In this document: one piece after another, positions 45,817 through 59,570 of the stretch
How positions within the stretch are numbered: position 1 is the stretch's first letter
Layout: each line of letters starts with the position of its first letter
Assembly: GCA_043228905.1 (NCBI GenBank)
Contig: JBHGNT010000001.1
Span: forward strand, 2,046,001 to 2,110,000
Source: Azolla caroliniana
Lineage: Eukaryota > Plantae > Polypodiophyta
Direction of reading: 5' to 3'
Length of the DNA stretch: 64,000 nucleotides
Translations under genes and position numbers: made by a program
Notes under the pieces: generated by a model
Told to the model about the DNA's origin: nothing
What the model saw: the letters and a program-made list of their open reading frames with translations, nothing else
Databases searched by the model: none

Positions 45817-48800
45817 TCAATAACAGCTTGCTGATTCTCGTAAGTACCACTTTCTAATATCATGTGTGTGATTGTATCTCATTAATCCTTGGGCAGCAAA
45901 GCTTACAAATGCTGCAGGATCTTTAAATCTCTTAAGCCTCGCTATCACTCCTTCTTGAAAGCTTAATCTATCACCATCTGAATACAAACACCCCTCAGAA
46001 GACGATGATATCGATCTATCCCCATTGCTTCCATTCATTTTATCGTCACCATCATGTTTGTTATAGTAAACCATTTGATTTGAATTGACATCCTTGCTAT
46101 TAAATACCACTCGATGATATCCATGTGGTTCGTCTCTATGCCTCAATTTACTAATGAATTCGTCAGAGTTGGAGGTACTTTGTTCAATGCCACATAACTG
46201 ATCGAGCTCTGATTTAAGGTCTTGAAGATGTTGTCCGACTCGAAAAGCTATAGCTTCGTGAACCATTGTTTTTGAGATCCCACCCTCTTTATATTTGGAG
46301 AAAAGATCATCGAGTTTAATTGGATCACCAACAAGCACTACCACCTAATAAATATGCAGCGAGGTATTCATCAAATGTTAAAACATGGACAAAAAAATTT
46401 CAAAAAGTATCCTTCACATTGGAGGATATCAATTTGAGTTTACTTTGTGTGATAAAATACCATTCTTGAAAATTTTCCTTTCTGCTTCTTATAGCTTATG
46501 TAAAGCAACCTTTAAAAAACAATTAAATATCAAAAAATTATTTTTGAGCTTGTACTTTTCATTTTTAGCTTAGAAAAAGTGACCTTAATACTAATATTTG
46601 AAATTTTCCTTTGTTTTAGCTAGTTAAGGTCAGGCATAAAATTGCGGCTTACTCTCTTCCTCACAGATGGAATTTTGCGACCAATTGGCATAATTTCTTG
46701 CATCCCCGAATGAACAAAAGGAAGCACTATCGGTGGCACATCCCCAGCATCAAGTGCAAGCCTATAATAACTATATAGTGTCAGAGAGAAGGAAATACCA
46801 CTGACATATTAGGCCAAATTTTTGTTAAATATACCTTCCAATTCCTCTCTTAGCACTCTGGATTGTTTTACCACCATCTCGAGAACGGCTACCCTCAGGG
46901 AAAATGTGTATCCAATCACCTCTTCTCAGCTTTTCTACTGCCATATCGATTCCCTGCAATTAAAAATAGAAACAAGCTGAGGTAAGTGTACAAAGAAAAG
47001 AAATATATCTCAAAGACCACATGCTTGCATGTTATATGTGCGCACATATACATGAACATTTACAGGGTATTGTCACCATATAAATTACTTCATATTGCTT
47101 TGTCAAAACATCCTCCATCACAAGAGTCAATGACCTTTTTAGCTTCTCTTGTTGATAGTATTTTGCTTATGATATTACTAGTTGTACGGACCATAAGTAT
47201 GTATCCTACAAATTGTTGGGACTCCAACTATATTTCTATATATCGTTTGCTAATGAGGGAAAATATACACACTTAATTTATCTTAAGTTCTAAAATAGTA
47301 TCTGGCAAGCTTCCAAGTTAACTCCGTCCAAATTGGAGTACTGCTCTACCTCCAGAAAAATGCATAGAATAAATTCTGTTACAAGACCATATGCAATGGG
47401 CCTTCTATTAATTAATACGCGCTACATTCTCTTGTGGCCAAACACAACATAAATAAGCAATTGGTTCAAACTACCTCAAAGATTTGGGTTTCATCCCCAA
47501 TCACTAGAGAGAGAGTAAGCTCAAAAAAACAACCAGCCAATTTACATAACATGTTGAGAGAAAGACATTAGGACATCTATACAAAGTAAACTATTTAAAA
47601 TCCTCTCTGCGTATTCAACTTCCAAAAATGGTGACAATTTTACAGCATCATCAGCGGTCTAGTTGTCTTCTAAAATTGATCAGATAAAGTAACTCTCTTC
47701 CAACAATATTTCAAACTTCACGAAAATATCATTAGTCTATACACCTTTTGGTAGACACCTGCGCCTCGTGCCAGGGGGAGAACTTTGACACAACGAAAGA
47801 ATGCTGATGTTGCTGTGTTTGTGAAGCATCTATCAGTTGCACAAAGTGTCCACCTTAAGCGATTGGAATCCAGCAGAACATGGGGTGGTAGCATAGCAGC
47901 TAACACGAGGGGGTCATCAATTGATGCCACATGATTGCTCACCTTAAAACAAGAAAGAATATAGCAACATGTCATTAAATTAATTAAAAATAATTATTAG
48001 AATAATCATATCATATGCTTCATATATCAACCGGTGAACTCTTACAAACATGGTGTCATATGCAAATTTGTTAATTATATCAAAATTATATCATTGATAT
48101 ATCCAAGGAAAGGAGCATGAATAGTAAAATCTCAGTGAATATGATCCAGCCAAGGTTGAGCTCAGAAAATATCAGCAAATAACTTATCACCCAAATGAAT
48201 AGAAGCATTCAGTAATGTTTTCATTGTTTCCAAATCAATTTGGTCAGAAATTGCAACGCTTCAAATCATGTGGGGTTCTTGAAAAGAAGAAAATCACAAA
48301 TATGATCAAAGATAATAAGCTTTGGATGTACTATTCCTCCTTTAATCATAATCAAAATAAATGATAACAATTGAAAATGTATCTAAAGAAAGATTAAGAT
48401 AATCGAAAGCTTTTTAATATTTAGACGGAATAAAAAGCAACAGATAGACTACTAACTAAGCACAAGCATGGTCCATCTTTGCTACCAGTGATCTCATTTT
48501 GAGACAGACAATCAAAATCCAAAGATCCTTAAGACGTCATATTTCTAGCTCCCATGTTTGGGTTTTCTATTATTTGGCTATGGAAACCCCATAGTGCACT
48601 CTGTAGAGACTAAGATTATTAATGGGAATAAAGCAAACACATACATACCGTAATAAGAGCTTGGCCTTGAGGGCGGTTTAACACTGCATCTAGAAGCTTA
48701 TCAACACAATAAACCTGCATTCAGAGAGTTCTACTGGATCACATTCTCGCGATGCCAGGACATTCCAGATATAATTATAGTGAGCCAACATGAGAAACAT

Positions 48801-50063
48801 ATACAACTTAGTGAATACCTCTGTTCTGTTAAAACTATGCATGAATGCATGGCAAACATTTCCAATAAGTGGCAAGGCAACAGCTTGGAGGACCCGAACA
48901 ACGTAAGAATTCTCTTGGAAAATGGCTGTGTACTTGTCTTCTGCAAATGCAGTTATAGAATAACAAGAAGTGAGCAAAAGCATAAATGCAAGCAATACAA
49001 AAAAAAAATCCAGATGAGAAATTAGGATAATGAATAATCAGCATGCAAAAGACTCACAATAATGGGACAAAATGCCCAGACGAGAGTTAGATAATGGAAC
49101 AACATCAGAATGAACTCAACAAGCAGGGATCAAAATACAAAACATCTGCAACAATTCCTGCTTGTTTCTGTTTAGAGTTACAAAAATATGCTTGGCCAAA
49201 GTTGAGGCACCTAATCACATGAACATTAAGATTAAACACATAATTTAAAAGCATAACAATATATTTAGAGTGAAGATTAGCTTAATCCACCAAATAATCA
49301 CTATTAAAGATAATTTTTTAGCTCAATGTTCCGAACAATATTGACAAATGACATGTAATCAAACAGGCTTCTATTTAATAGTAAAAATGAATCAAAATCA
49401 TTTCCTAGCTTTCTTAATAAATGCAAATCGACCTTTTAACCAGAAGCACAACAGTAAATGAATCTCTGATTCGCCCAATTGAAAACATTCACACTTCATA
49501 TTGAACCAATTAAAATCCATAACATTTCCCAATTTGAGTGTGATAATAAATTGTTCCATTAACAACAAATGTTGTGCCTAAAATATAGTTGAATGACCCA
49601 AATCGAAAAAATGGAAATTTTGTTACTAAATTAAATAATTAAAATCTTTTAAAAAATATCAGCAAAATGAAGCCCTGAAAAAAATTTGAAACAGACCTGT
49701 TTTCTGGCCAATGGTGGTGGATTGGACCATAGTGGGAGATGAAATTTGAGCCCCTCCATCCAACTCTGAAGGTGCGGAAAACCTCCCATAAAACGAAGAC
49801 GACGACGACGACGATGATGATGATGATGATGATGATGAATAATTCATCTGCCTTGCTAGAACAGAGGAAAGAACTGCATTCAAAGGCTTGATGGAGACCC
49901 CGGATCCTAGAATGGCTTTCTTGTTCGCGTGATGGTATGCCCTTTTGGCCGAGAAATGGCGAAGAAGGAAAGCTCGAGGAGAGCAGGAAATGCGAAGTCT
50001 TTCCTTCACTCGAATCTGCATCGCTCTGAGGTTAGATCGCCATTGAAGCTTCTTCGACTCCAT
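45817..50063 (-). CDS. TAZ: Tafazzin-family phospholipid acyltransferase
   Basis: Seven exons: 50063-49697, 48940-48819, 48714-48649, 47942-47745, 46953-46835, 46761-46653, 46344-45817. Motifs LITVSNHVASIDDP, RWTLCATDRCF, WIHIFPEGSRSRDGG, VLPFVHSGMQEIMP. Confidence 0.92.
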
Positions 50064-50218
50064 CACTCTTCTGGGAAGGTCGTAGTCCTCCTCCTCCTCC
50101 TCCTTTTCTTCTGAATCAAAGCCTTAGGGCATATCGGCGATGTTTATTATATGTGTATATATATTTATTTATTTTTTATTTTTTTATTTTTTTTAAAGAG
50201 AGATAGACACATATGATA

Positions 50219-50450
50219 TGATAATTGCAGGAATACCCTTATCAGAGCATTATCCACAAGAGCTATTGAGTGCCCTTATCAATTTACCGTGGAAATCTAC
50301 AAAGCTCACCACATTATGGGAGGTCATGCTATTCGTCCTTCTCATCTGAATTTGGCAGTGTTTATAGAAGAGAGAGGGATATAGGATATGATAATTGCAG
50401 GAGTACCCTTATCAAAACTTATCCACGAATGTTATGGATTGCCCTTATCA
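50219..50450. repeat. Direct repeat (~63 bp, two copies) upstream of tafazzin
   Basis: atgataattgcagga.taccc ttatca...ttatccac...tgcccttatca starts at ~50219 and 50388. Confidence 0.7.
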
Positions 50451-50599
50451 TTTTATTTCATGAATCTACAGACCTCGCTCGCCATGTTACACAATAATGC
50501 CCCCCACCCCATTGGTGTTGTACACAATCTACCAACGGATACCCCCTCCCCTGCCCATGATGAGCATTTCAATTACTTCTTCTCACAAAATAAGCTTGA

Positions 50600-51200
50600 T
50601 GAGAATCTAGATATCATCTTAGTTTATTACAAAGAACATAAATCAACTCGGCAAAAGAATGATTCCGTTGTTCTGCAAGTTTGGGAGCAATTTGCAAGAA
50701 TATATGGTTGTCGTGTTAAATTAACCTAGAGCCTTCGGGGATACATGTCTCATCAGAAAGTACTTCTACGAATCATGTGCAAGCTCAAATTGTTCTAGAC
50801 TAGCAAATGCCATGTTCAATGCAAGATGCCAAATGTTTTCGAATTTCTATCACAATTCCATCGGGGATTTTCCAAATATCATTTCACCTCTCGTATAGCT
50901 TATGGCGTACGCATAAGAATTGATCATTTACATGGGACTTTAAAATCAACCAAGACATTTGACAATTCAAAGCAAGCATTTACATGTACTTGCGTGTTGG
51001 CTCATGTTGACCCAACCATGCCCTTCATATTCATAGAAGTTAGTACATTTGATTTTGCATGCAAATGTGTATAGTATTGTATTGGCATACACATCCATAC
51101 ATTACTATGAGTTATTTACAACTATAGTAGGCCCATCAAGCAGAAATTCGGAATTGCTTTAATCAACCATTTTTGGATGGTTATGGTGATGGCACATAAA
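50600..51200 (+). mobile_element. Highly degenerate Ty3/Gypsy RT-RNase H remnant
   Basis: Broken frames give LDIILVYYKEH (YxDD region) and TFDNSKQAFTCTCVLAHVDPTMPFIFIEVSTFDFA (connection/RNase H start). Confidence 0.6.
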
Positions 51201-53123
51201 TTAGGGTTCATCATACATAAAGTATCATATACCCATATGCTACTCTTATTACAATTCTTTTCATGGATATTTAGTCTATATGTAGTAGTTGATATGGAAA
51301 TTTCAATCTCTAGACTTATGGTGCGTAATATAGGCTACATCAACACCTCCGAAACATCAAGTGAAGAGTACGAATTTAGTTAAATGATCACATTCTTCTC
51401 ATCGCTTGAGTTTTGGTATTTCCTTATAACCAAGCTCTTTTTTTTTGTGATTAGGGCCTTCTTATTTTAAGTTGACTTGACTACTAGGACATAAGGGGTT
51501 TAACCACTTGAATGGTAATATTCGATCTATTATATTATCAAGGACTCCCATACAAACATTCCTCCTGTTATCAATTCAAAACATACATGGTTCTACCTCA
51601 AGATACACACATATATGTCCCATTTTATGTGATGATGTCAAGTGCGGGGTCCTTTGTTTTCCGTTACGGTTGTTTCAAGACCAACCCTTGTTTTTGTTCA
51701 AGTGAAAACCCCCATACAAGGGGAACTTGTGGTGAGAGCAACATCTCTTGTAAGGGATACTTTGGCAATTCCTCATGTACGCTCCACTTATGGCCACCTT
51801 TTCCCCTTGAGATAACTTCATTTTGCATAACCCCAAAATTTGTGTTTGTCTTTACGAGCTACCTTCCACAACACCAAACTAAAGACTGTGTAATGAAAAA
51901 CCACAAAAACAATGTATTAGAAATTTTAACTATCTCTTTCAAGGCCTCTCTCCTATCTCTTCATTTGTAAAAGTTTGTCTTCTTATTCTGTTGGTTAAAA
52001 ATATTTTCATTTGTTCCTTATGTGTTGAAAAATGCATCACCAATAATATTTCAAGAATCGGCAAATTGTAGGATGCGTAAGCATCTTCACAATATAAACG
52101 AAACCATGTGTGCGTGAAAAGGCCCAAATAAGTGGAGGTTGAGCTCGAAGTAAAAGAAAATAGAGTCAATGGGAGATTAATGATATGCAATGAATTGGCG
52201 TAGACCGATTTGTCCCTACAGTGGATCTTGCTGGCTTGGGAATTGAACAATGGTATTTATTGACGCTCATGGATGAACCCTGTGAAGGAACCCTTTGGGT
52301 GTGTGGGGGCATACGTGGAGTTTCATTGACCCCAATCATATATTCCTATTCCTCATAAAACTTGAGATTGGCACAATATGCGGAATTTAAGGCTTAGACT
52401 GATCTTGCTCTGGCTCACCTAGGCTCATGGTTCTTCATAGAGGGATCGTAGGGGAAATATAAGAACTACAATGTTTCATGTGTTATGAACGTTTGTTTTA
52501 TCTTGCTTTGAACGCTAAAAAATCCCGAACCTTGCTTGAATAAATGGATTTTAGATGATTATTTTGTCTGATAAAATGGAAAGGAGCCTCGTCGTTTCCT
52601 TTTTCTAGAGAGAGAGAGAGAGAGGTGAGGAAAGCAGATATTTGGGCTGTTTTTATTTTCATGAAATCTCTCTCATTGGATAAGGCATATAAAAATAATA
52701 TCGGAGAATCATAAGCACATTTTTTCTAGTTCCTCTATTATCTTCTTCATAAAGATATTAACTTATCCATATGCGTGGAAAAGAGATGAGACTGGAGCCA
52801 CATCATTGGCCGAAGCATATCGATACAGACATGTGGGAAGTCACAGGCACAAACAAAAAGTTATGAAAATCTACCCACCACCACCTCGTTCGCTTTTTTC
52901 GACGAAGCACACAGATTAATAATATCCGAGAATTAGGGGGCATAGTTAAAAATTAAATGTGCTCCCTCAACAGGTAAAGTATGATAAATCACGCGAGGAT
53001 ACGATAAGTTTTTTTTTTTTTTTCAGAGATTCACATTCTCAGAGAGCCATTATAAACTGGTTCCTACACGGAAAATAACAGAGAGTCATTTGTTGTGGTT
53101 GTGGTGGGTGTCACTTTGGGCCA

Positions 53124-54786
53124 ATGGCCAAGAACATGGGCAAGAACATGGGCATGATGAGGAGGGGCCTTGTGCTCACACCATCCCCTGCTCCTGCTGG
53201 GCCTTCTTCACACTGCCCCAATTTGCCCTGCGCCAATCCGCTGCCCATCATCAGATGCTGTACCGATGATGATGCCCATGCTTGTGTGAACGCCGATCCG
53301 CAGGAGAAGAAATCCAGGCGAGGCTTGCTGACTCAGGTCGGATTTGCCACTACAGGTGTTTCTCTAATCTCATCGTTCAAGTCCGATTTAGGGTTAGGGT
53401 TAGCTGAAGAAGCTAGCTCACCAGATTGCACTATTACGGACAAAGTTTATATGGACATTGTGAAATGCCCCTCTACTTTTAGCACAAGCAGAGATAATGC
53501 CAATGTGACACCACCATCACCATCACCATCACCATCACCATCAGTGTCATCACCATCATCCTCATCAACCACCATCATGAGTCCATCCTCATCTTCACCG
53601 ATGTCGTACTGCAATGATCATGAATCTGTGGGCCGGATCGTAATCGGCCTTTACGGCAAGCAAGTCCCCGAGACCGTCGCCATCTTCAAGGCCATGTGTA
53701 GTGGCCAGGCCGGATCTTCATACAAAGGATGCTTGTTCCATCGTGTCCTCCCCGGACAATACATCATGGCCGGGAAGCAAGGATTCTCCAAGGAGAAAGG
53801 GGAAATCATCCCGCCCACTCGTCTCCCCCGGAACCTCGAGTCCGTCAAGCCCGAAGCGTTTGCACTACAACATCTACGGCCGGGGACAGTCTCTCTTTGC
53901 CTTTCGGAGAATGATGATGATGATCAATTCCGGTTATCGACCGATTATCGCAATGTCGAGTTCCTCATCACCACAGGTCCATAATGAATGTCTTGAACAT
54001 ATTAATGACCATATTCTTCACATCATGTGGATATACCAGTTTCTCATGTATATCATTTTTTGCATCATGTTATATATAATTGGATTAAAGAACAAAATAG
54101 GGAACTAGCAATGACTTGCTAGGAATGAACAGGACCAGATGGTTTTTATATGTTATAAACCCAGAGAAGGATAGAAATGTCAGGCAAATAGTTGAAATTC
54201 CCATCACGAGTTCTTTTTTTTATGTTGTTGGCCAATGTTACAAGCAAATATTTCTTACATTCTTTATGTCTATTTCGGTCAATTCTTCGATAAAATTCAT
54301 GGTTACAAAATAGCCAAAAAGTTGGAGTTTTTTTTCCTCTTTATCCATATCCTTAATCATGCAATTCCTTTGTAGGGCCTGGTCCTGCACCACAGCTGGA
54401 CAACAAGAACATTGTCTTCGGAGTTGTTTTAGAAGGTTTTATACTTTAACCTTAATTAACATTCATGTAGTTTAAAAAATTGTATATTTCTTGTTTTTTT
54501 TCTGTAAGCACTTGAAACTATCTAACTAGCTACCTATCCATATAGGTTTTTTCTTTAGAAAGTAATAAATTGATGTGAAAAAGGATTGTTAAAGTGAAGG
54601 GGAACTGATGTAGGGCTAGATGTTGTGAGGGCATTAGCTACTGTCCCTACATACAAGCCTGGCGAACGAATTCGGCAGTTAAATGAACTGGCTACTTTCT
54701 TGGGAGATGAAAGAGCATCCAATGCTCGGAACTTCTGGTACCGACCATTGTCAGCACTGTATATTAGTGACTGTGGAGAACTTTGA
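53124..54786 (+). CDS. CYP28: Thylakoid lumen cyclophilin CYP28-like
   Basis: Exons 53124-53976, 54376-54435, 54614-54786. Transit peptide with SRRGLL; ITDKVYMDI...GRIVIGLYG...YRNVEFLITTGPGPAPQLDNKNIVFGVVLEGLDVV...PTYKP...FLGDERA...RPL...ISDCGEL. Confidence 0.9.
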
Positions 54787-55698
54787 GGACAAGAAATCAA
54801 TGTTTTGAGTGATTTGTATCTTTGAGGAGGATTATCTCTCTTGATCATATTTCTCTGTTGGGGAATATATAATGCAATGCCATCATCATTTGAGATAGAT
54901 GGAAGGAGCTTTCTTTGTCTCCTCAACTTTGAGCTATATATAATATGTAACTCTTCGATATGCTAGAGATGCTATGTTGCACCTCTCGCCATGTTTCTCT
55001 GAGATGCCATTGATGTAAAAAAGTGAATAAAGAAGCTTGTAAAATGAGTTCTGTGCTTCGAAATGTTTGTGAAAATGAAGGTGCTCTATATGTTTTTTGC
55101 GAAGCATGTTACATTTGAAGGTGTATTTCTGTGGCACAATTGTTCATGAACGATATGTAATGCCGTGATGATTGGCCTTCCCTACCTTACATTCTCATAT
55201 CAATATGTGATGGTATTTATTTGGGAGGCCTTCTCGAAAACATTTATACTTTGATCATTCGCATAACTTGCATTTGTAGGCATCATTTACTCTTCCTTTT
55301 TATTGTTCATATCATTGACTAACCTTGGATTCTAATGTATTACATTGCAATCATGACAACTCTAAACATAGGGCAGATCATTTGAATCGAAAATAGCATC
55401 ATATTCGATAATGGTGTGATCTTTTAATACCCAAAGAAGCGTTCTGAGTTAATTGTGCATTCAGTGGTCTGTTTTATTTCTTGAGCTCTTGTGTTTGTTT
55501 GTGTTTTCGCTTGTGGTAGCATTTCCATATCTAGAGGTAAAATGGTGGGGGAAATTTTACATGCATGTATGGAATAAATGAAACCGAACGAACATACTTA
55601 CTTTTGATATATACATAGTAAAATAAATGATATGACCTAATCTCATGTAAAAGAGGGAAGGGAATCGAGTAAGGGGCTCTCCTTTGAGTTTTTTGGGG

Positions 55699-56108
55699 CC
55701 AATGAGGTAGTGCCACGTGAAGATGGATTTTGGTCGCATAGTTGACAGTTATTTTTTTGTCCTGGTGGCGAGCGACCTGAGTTTTTAGTACCTTCTTCTC
55801 TCCATCTCTATTTGGAAGCCACGGTGGCCCCGGTCACGTGCAGTGCTTGCGGCCAATGAGCTAGTGCCACATCAGCAATATGTAAATGGACGGCCAAACC
55901 TCGACCATGAGCGAGCTTCTTGTTCTTGTTCTTGGGCGTGCTTTGCATGGTGTGCCATGTCAGCAAACACGTGGTGTGCCCCGGCCACGGTGCAGTGCTT
56001 GCAGCCGATGAGCGAGTGCCACATCAGCAATGTGGAGGGCCAAACCTGGGACCATGAGCTTCTTGTTCTTGTTCTTGTTCTTGGTGGTGCCATGTCAGCA
56101 ACACGTGG
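55699..56108 (+). promoter_or_regulatory. Promoter with ERSE-like boxes, G-boxes and a ~150-bp tandem duplication
   Basis: CCAAT-N9-CCACG at 55699-55717; CCAAT-N9-CCACA at 55853-55871; four CACGTG sites; duplicated units ~55829-55973 and ~55980-56108. Confidence 0.55.
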
Positions 56109-56205
56109 ACAAACCCCATTCATTCCTTCATTCAGTTTAAATTCTTCCCTTCTTATTGCTCTTCCTTTTTCCCCTCTTCCTTTTCTTGGCAGAGGCAGAG
56201 CTGCC

Positions 56206-58456
56206 ATGGATCTCTCCTCTCAGCCTCAGACCCAGAATCAGCAGCAACACCACCACCATCTCCACCTCTCCAGACGTCCCAGAAGAAGACCCATTGGCCC
56301 CGCGAGAACCATTCATCCTTTGGTGCTCTCGGATCCATCCCGGTTACGGAAGAAGAAGAAGAAGACGAGCTTCTCAATTCCCGATCCTCCTCCTCCTCCT
56401 CCTCCGGTCTCTGTTCAACGTCCGAGAATGCAAGCTTGCTCTGTCGGGGAAGAATCTGACGAAGGAAATCCTTCTCAGCAACAAGCTGTGCTCGAAAGCC
56501 TTGCAGCGTAAGTCATTTTTCAGCTATGGTGATTTTAGATTCCGCACACCCACACACACAAAGGTAGATTTTGTTACTGCCCTAAGAATTCAAAGATGAC
56601 CCGTGGGACCCCAGTGTGCGGCTTTTTTGGTAAGCCCATGTTGGATTTGGTGTCTCTACAGAACTGTAGAATGTAGTTTCCAAGGCATTTACTCTGATAT
56701 CCGAATTTGGTATAAGATTGACCTTGCTTGCTTGGTGGTGAAGGTGTCACTTGCATGCCACATTAACTGATCCGTACGATGATGGCATTGAGTGTATGCA
56801 AAGATGGCAATAAACATCTTTCATTCCACTTGAAAGTGTTTCTTTGTTTGGCAATGATGGCTGGGTGACCTTATGAAAGTGTTTCAAGTAGAAGGAGGCA
56901 TGCTTTGTAATTTAATGATTTACTTGACCCAAAAGAGAGAGCATTGATGATAATCATAAACTTGATTAACAATTTGTTTAATTTATGAAGCGAAATTTTT
57001 ATAAACCAGGAAATCTTTTGCAATTTCTGTAATCTTGCAATCCATTTCTTTTTAATTTATGCAACTAACTAACAGAGGAAAAGAAAGTCTAATAAACTTC
57101 GATTAACAAATCGTGTAATTTGTGAAGCTAACCGTGGCTTAAAAATGAAAAACTGATAGTAAATCTTTGCTATATGAAGTTACCTTGAGGGAGAATTGCT
57201 TTCACGGTTACAATCATATTCCGAACTACTCGTGGAGGTAACAATCAATAATTTTAATGATTCAATCTGATCTTATCAAACTAATAATGGTAAGCCACAA
57301 TGCATATCGTACATCCATCCATTGAACATTGGCTTATTGTTCTAGTGTTACTGTTTGTTCTATAACCTATGTTAGTCACATTTTGTCTGTATGCCAAGGT
57401 TATTCTATGGTTTTGTTTTTTGGAGTAATCTGTTCGAAAGTAATTGATGTATCTTCAAGTAATAGTAACACAAATTGTGTAGAATCATAAATTGACATGC
57501 CCAGACTACTTTTCTAGGAGAATATGCATACAAAAGTTTGGCTTTTTCCTAATCATTTAGGTAAAACATGATACCCATTAGAGTTCAGATTTGTATCCTA
57601 TGGAGTAAATGTGTTTGGAATGGAAATCTTACTTTTTAATCTATTATGTTTTTCGGTAAATATGAAAAATACAACCTTGCACATGTCATTATCTACTGTT
57701 GGCATCTTCAAAAAATTCATTGCTACTCCGCTGTTTCTTGGCCTAATATCATCTACACTCATTTCCAAAATTATCAATTGTGACCATCAAAAGGTTAGAC
57801 GTATTCAGGGAACTTAATTGGATTGCTAAATGAAGTAGCCTTTATTAAATTGCATGCAATTGAAGTGGATGGGTGTTTTTAATTAAATTTGTTTATTGTT
57901 GTTTTTTTACTTAATAGTTAAATTTTTTCTGGAAAGTGGCTTTTATAGAAAGAATTTATAATATAAAGAAAAAGTATGAAATTTCCAAACGGAAAGAGAG
58001 TAGTACAATATTGAGGTGTATTACAAGTTGCCAAAATTCAATTATATTTCTTGATTGTTGGATTATCTAGGCCGAGGGAATGAGTCGTGAACGCTCATTT
58101 TATTCTGCCAAGCTTCTTCAAATTGAGAAGGTACACAAGAAATCTCTCTTGCATCAGACTCGACCTTCAATTAAATTGACCACGATGCAAATTAAACTTT
58201 CAAGTATGTGTCAAAATCGTATGTCAAAGCTCATTGTAATTGCATTGAGCTCTAACATTATATTAATGCACCACGTGATTTGTAGGATTATTGTGGTGAA
58301 TTTGTTTCTTTCAAGGTTTGTCTGTTGTCTTAATATTTGTATTTGGTTTGGAAAATGTAGGTGTGTAAGCATGTACAACCGTTCAAAGCAAACATCAGCA
58401 AATTAGATACCATATTATCCATTTTGAGCACAAATGTTGATATGCCTTTCGTTTAG
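56206..58456 (+). CDS. EB1 C-terminal (EBH)-like domain protein with no CH domain, 171 aa
   Basis: Exons 56206-56507, 57180-57237, 58071-58130, 58361-58456 are all GT-AG and phase-consistent (516 nt). Spliced C-terminus YSELLVEAEGMSRERSFYSAKLLQIEKVCK...LDTILSILSTNVDMPFV resembles EB1 LEKERDFYFxKLRxIExxCQ...IxxILYA. Confidence 0.65.
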
Positions 58457-59179
58457 TCAACAGAGCCTCATTATAAATGTAACAATCAAATACAATTCTA
58501 TCCATATCAAATAAATGAAATCTTTCACACTTTCTTGTAATGCTATATCATAAACTTAATATAGCATGGAACCTTATCAAACTCAGTAATCTGGAAAAAA
58601 AACTTGGATTCTACAGATGACAAATCCAACCACTACCTTAAAATTCACTATCTGTAGGACCATGATAGCTGTGTGCCCCAACCACTAAAAATCCTCCAAC
58701 CCACGTGTGGATATGGGGGCATGACATACATGTGAGGGCCATGATAATAGTTCGAAAGCTAGCTTGGTGATGACGTTTTTACCTAGTGCAGCATGTGAAG
58801 AAGTGGCTAGACATACACCCAATGGACCTGTATAATAATAGTTCTTAAGAGCTTAGGTTGGTTGGATTGGCCAACTGGCTGTTTTGCACAAGGGATCTTC
58901 GTTATTCCAGCAAAATATATTCCGGTTTTGCACAAGATGGTTGACAGCTGATTGTGCAGGTGAAGGGATAGGACCTTGACTATATCAATGAAAGAACCCT
59001 TCCCTTATGAACCTCCAAAATCTCTTTTATGCATTGCCCAATATCTAATTGGTTCTATAGCCTTACAAACAAATGTGCCTCAACAAACACATAACCTCAC
59101 ATCATGATGAAATTTACAGTATAGGCCTCATTTCCATGTATGAAAGCATCAAGAAATTGACAAATATAGAGTAAGTTAT

Positions 59180-59570
59180 CTCTCAAATTCACCGCATATA
59201 TGATCAGAGATCTCAAATGATAGTTGGAATAAGCAAAGATCATATATAATATCCTCTCAATTTCACTGCATGCACAATCAGAGACCTCAAATGATAGTTG
59301 GAATGACCAATGATCATGTATCAATATCCTAGATCGTGCGTGTTCACATCTTGTAGAAGGTTATATGGTCCTCATTTCCAATAGAAGGTTATATGGTCCT
59401 CATTTCCAATAGAAATTGAAAAATACGGACTCTGCCTCTTAATTTCAACACACATACGATCAGGCATCTCAAATGATAGTTGAAATGAACAGAGATCATA
59501 TACAATATCCTCTCAATTTCACCGCATATATGATCAGATATCTAAAATGATAGTTGAAATGAGCAATATC
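59180..59570. repeat. Degenerate ~73-bp repeat (about four copies) with an internal 28-bp duplication
   Basis: ctctcaa.ttcac.gcat...atcaga.atctcaaatgatagttg.aat recurs at ~59181, 59254, 59437 and 59510; tagaaggttatatggtcctcatttccaa occurs twice from 59354. Confidence 0.8.

Noticed and set aside
55843-56205. Upstream part of the 222-aa ORF
   Set aside because: It starts at GTG and crosses the duplicated promoter boxes and a CT-rich leader; ATG 56206 has a good context (GCCATGG).
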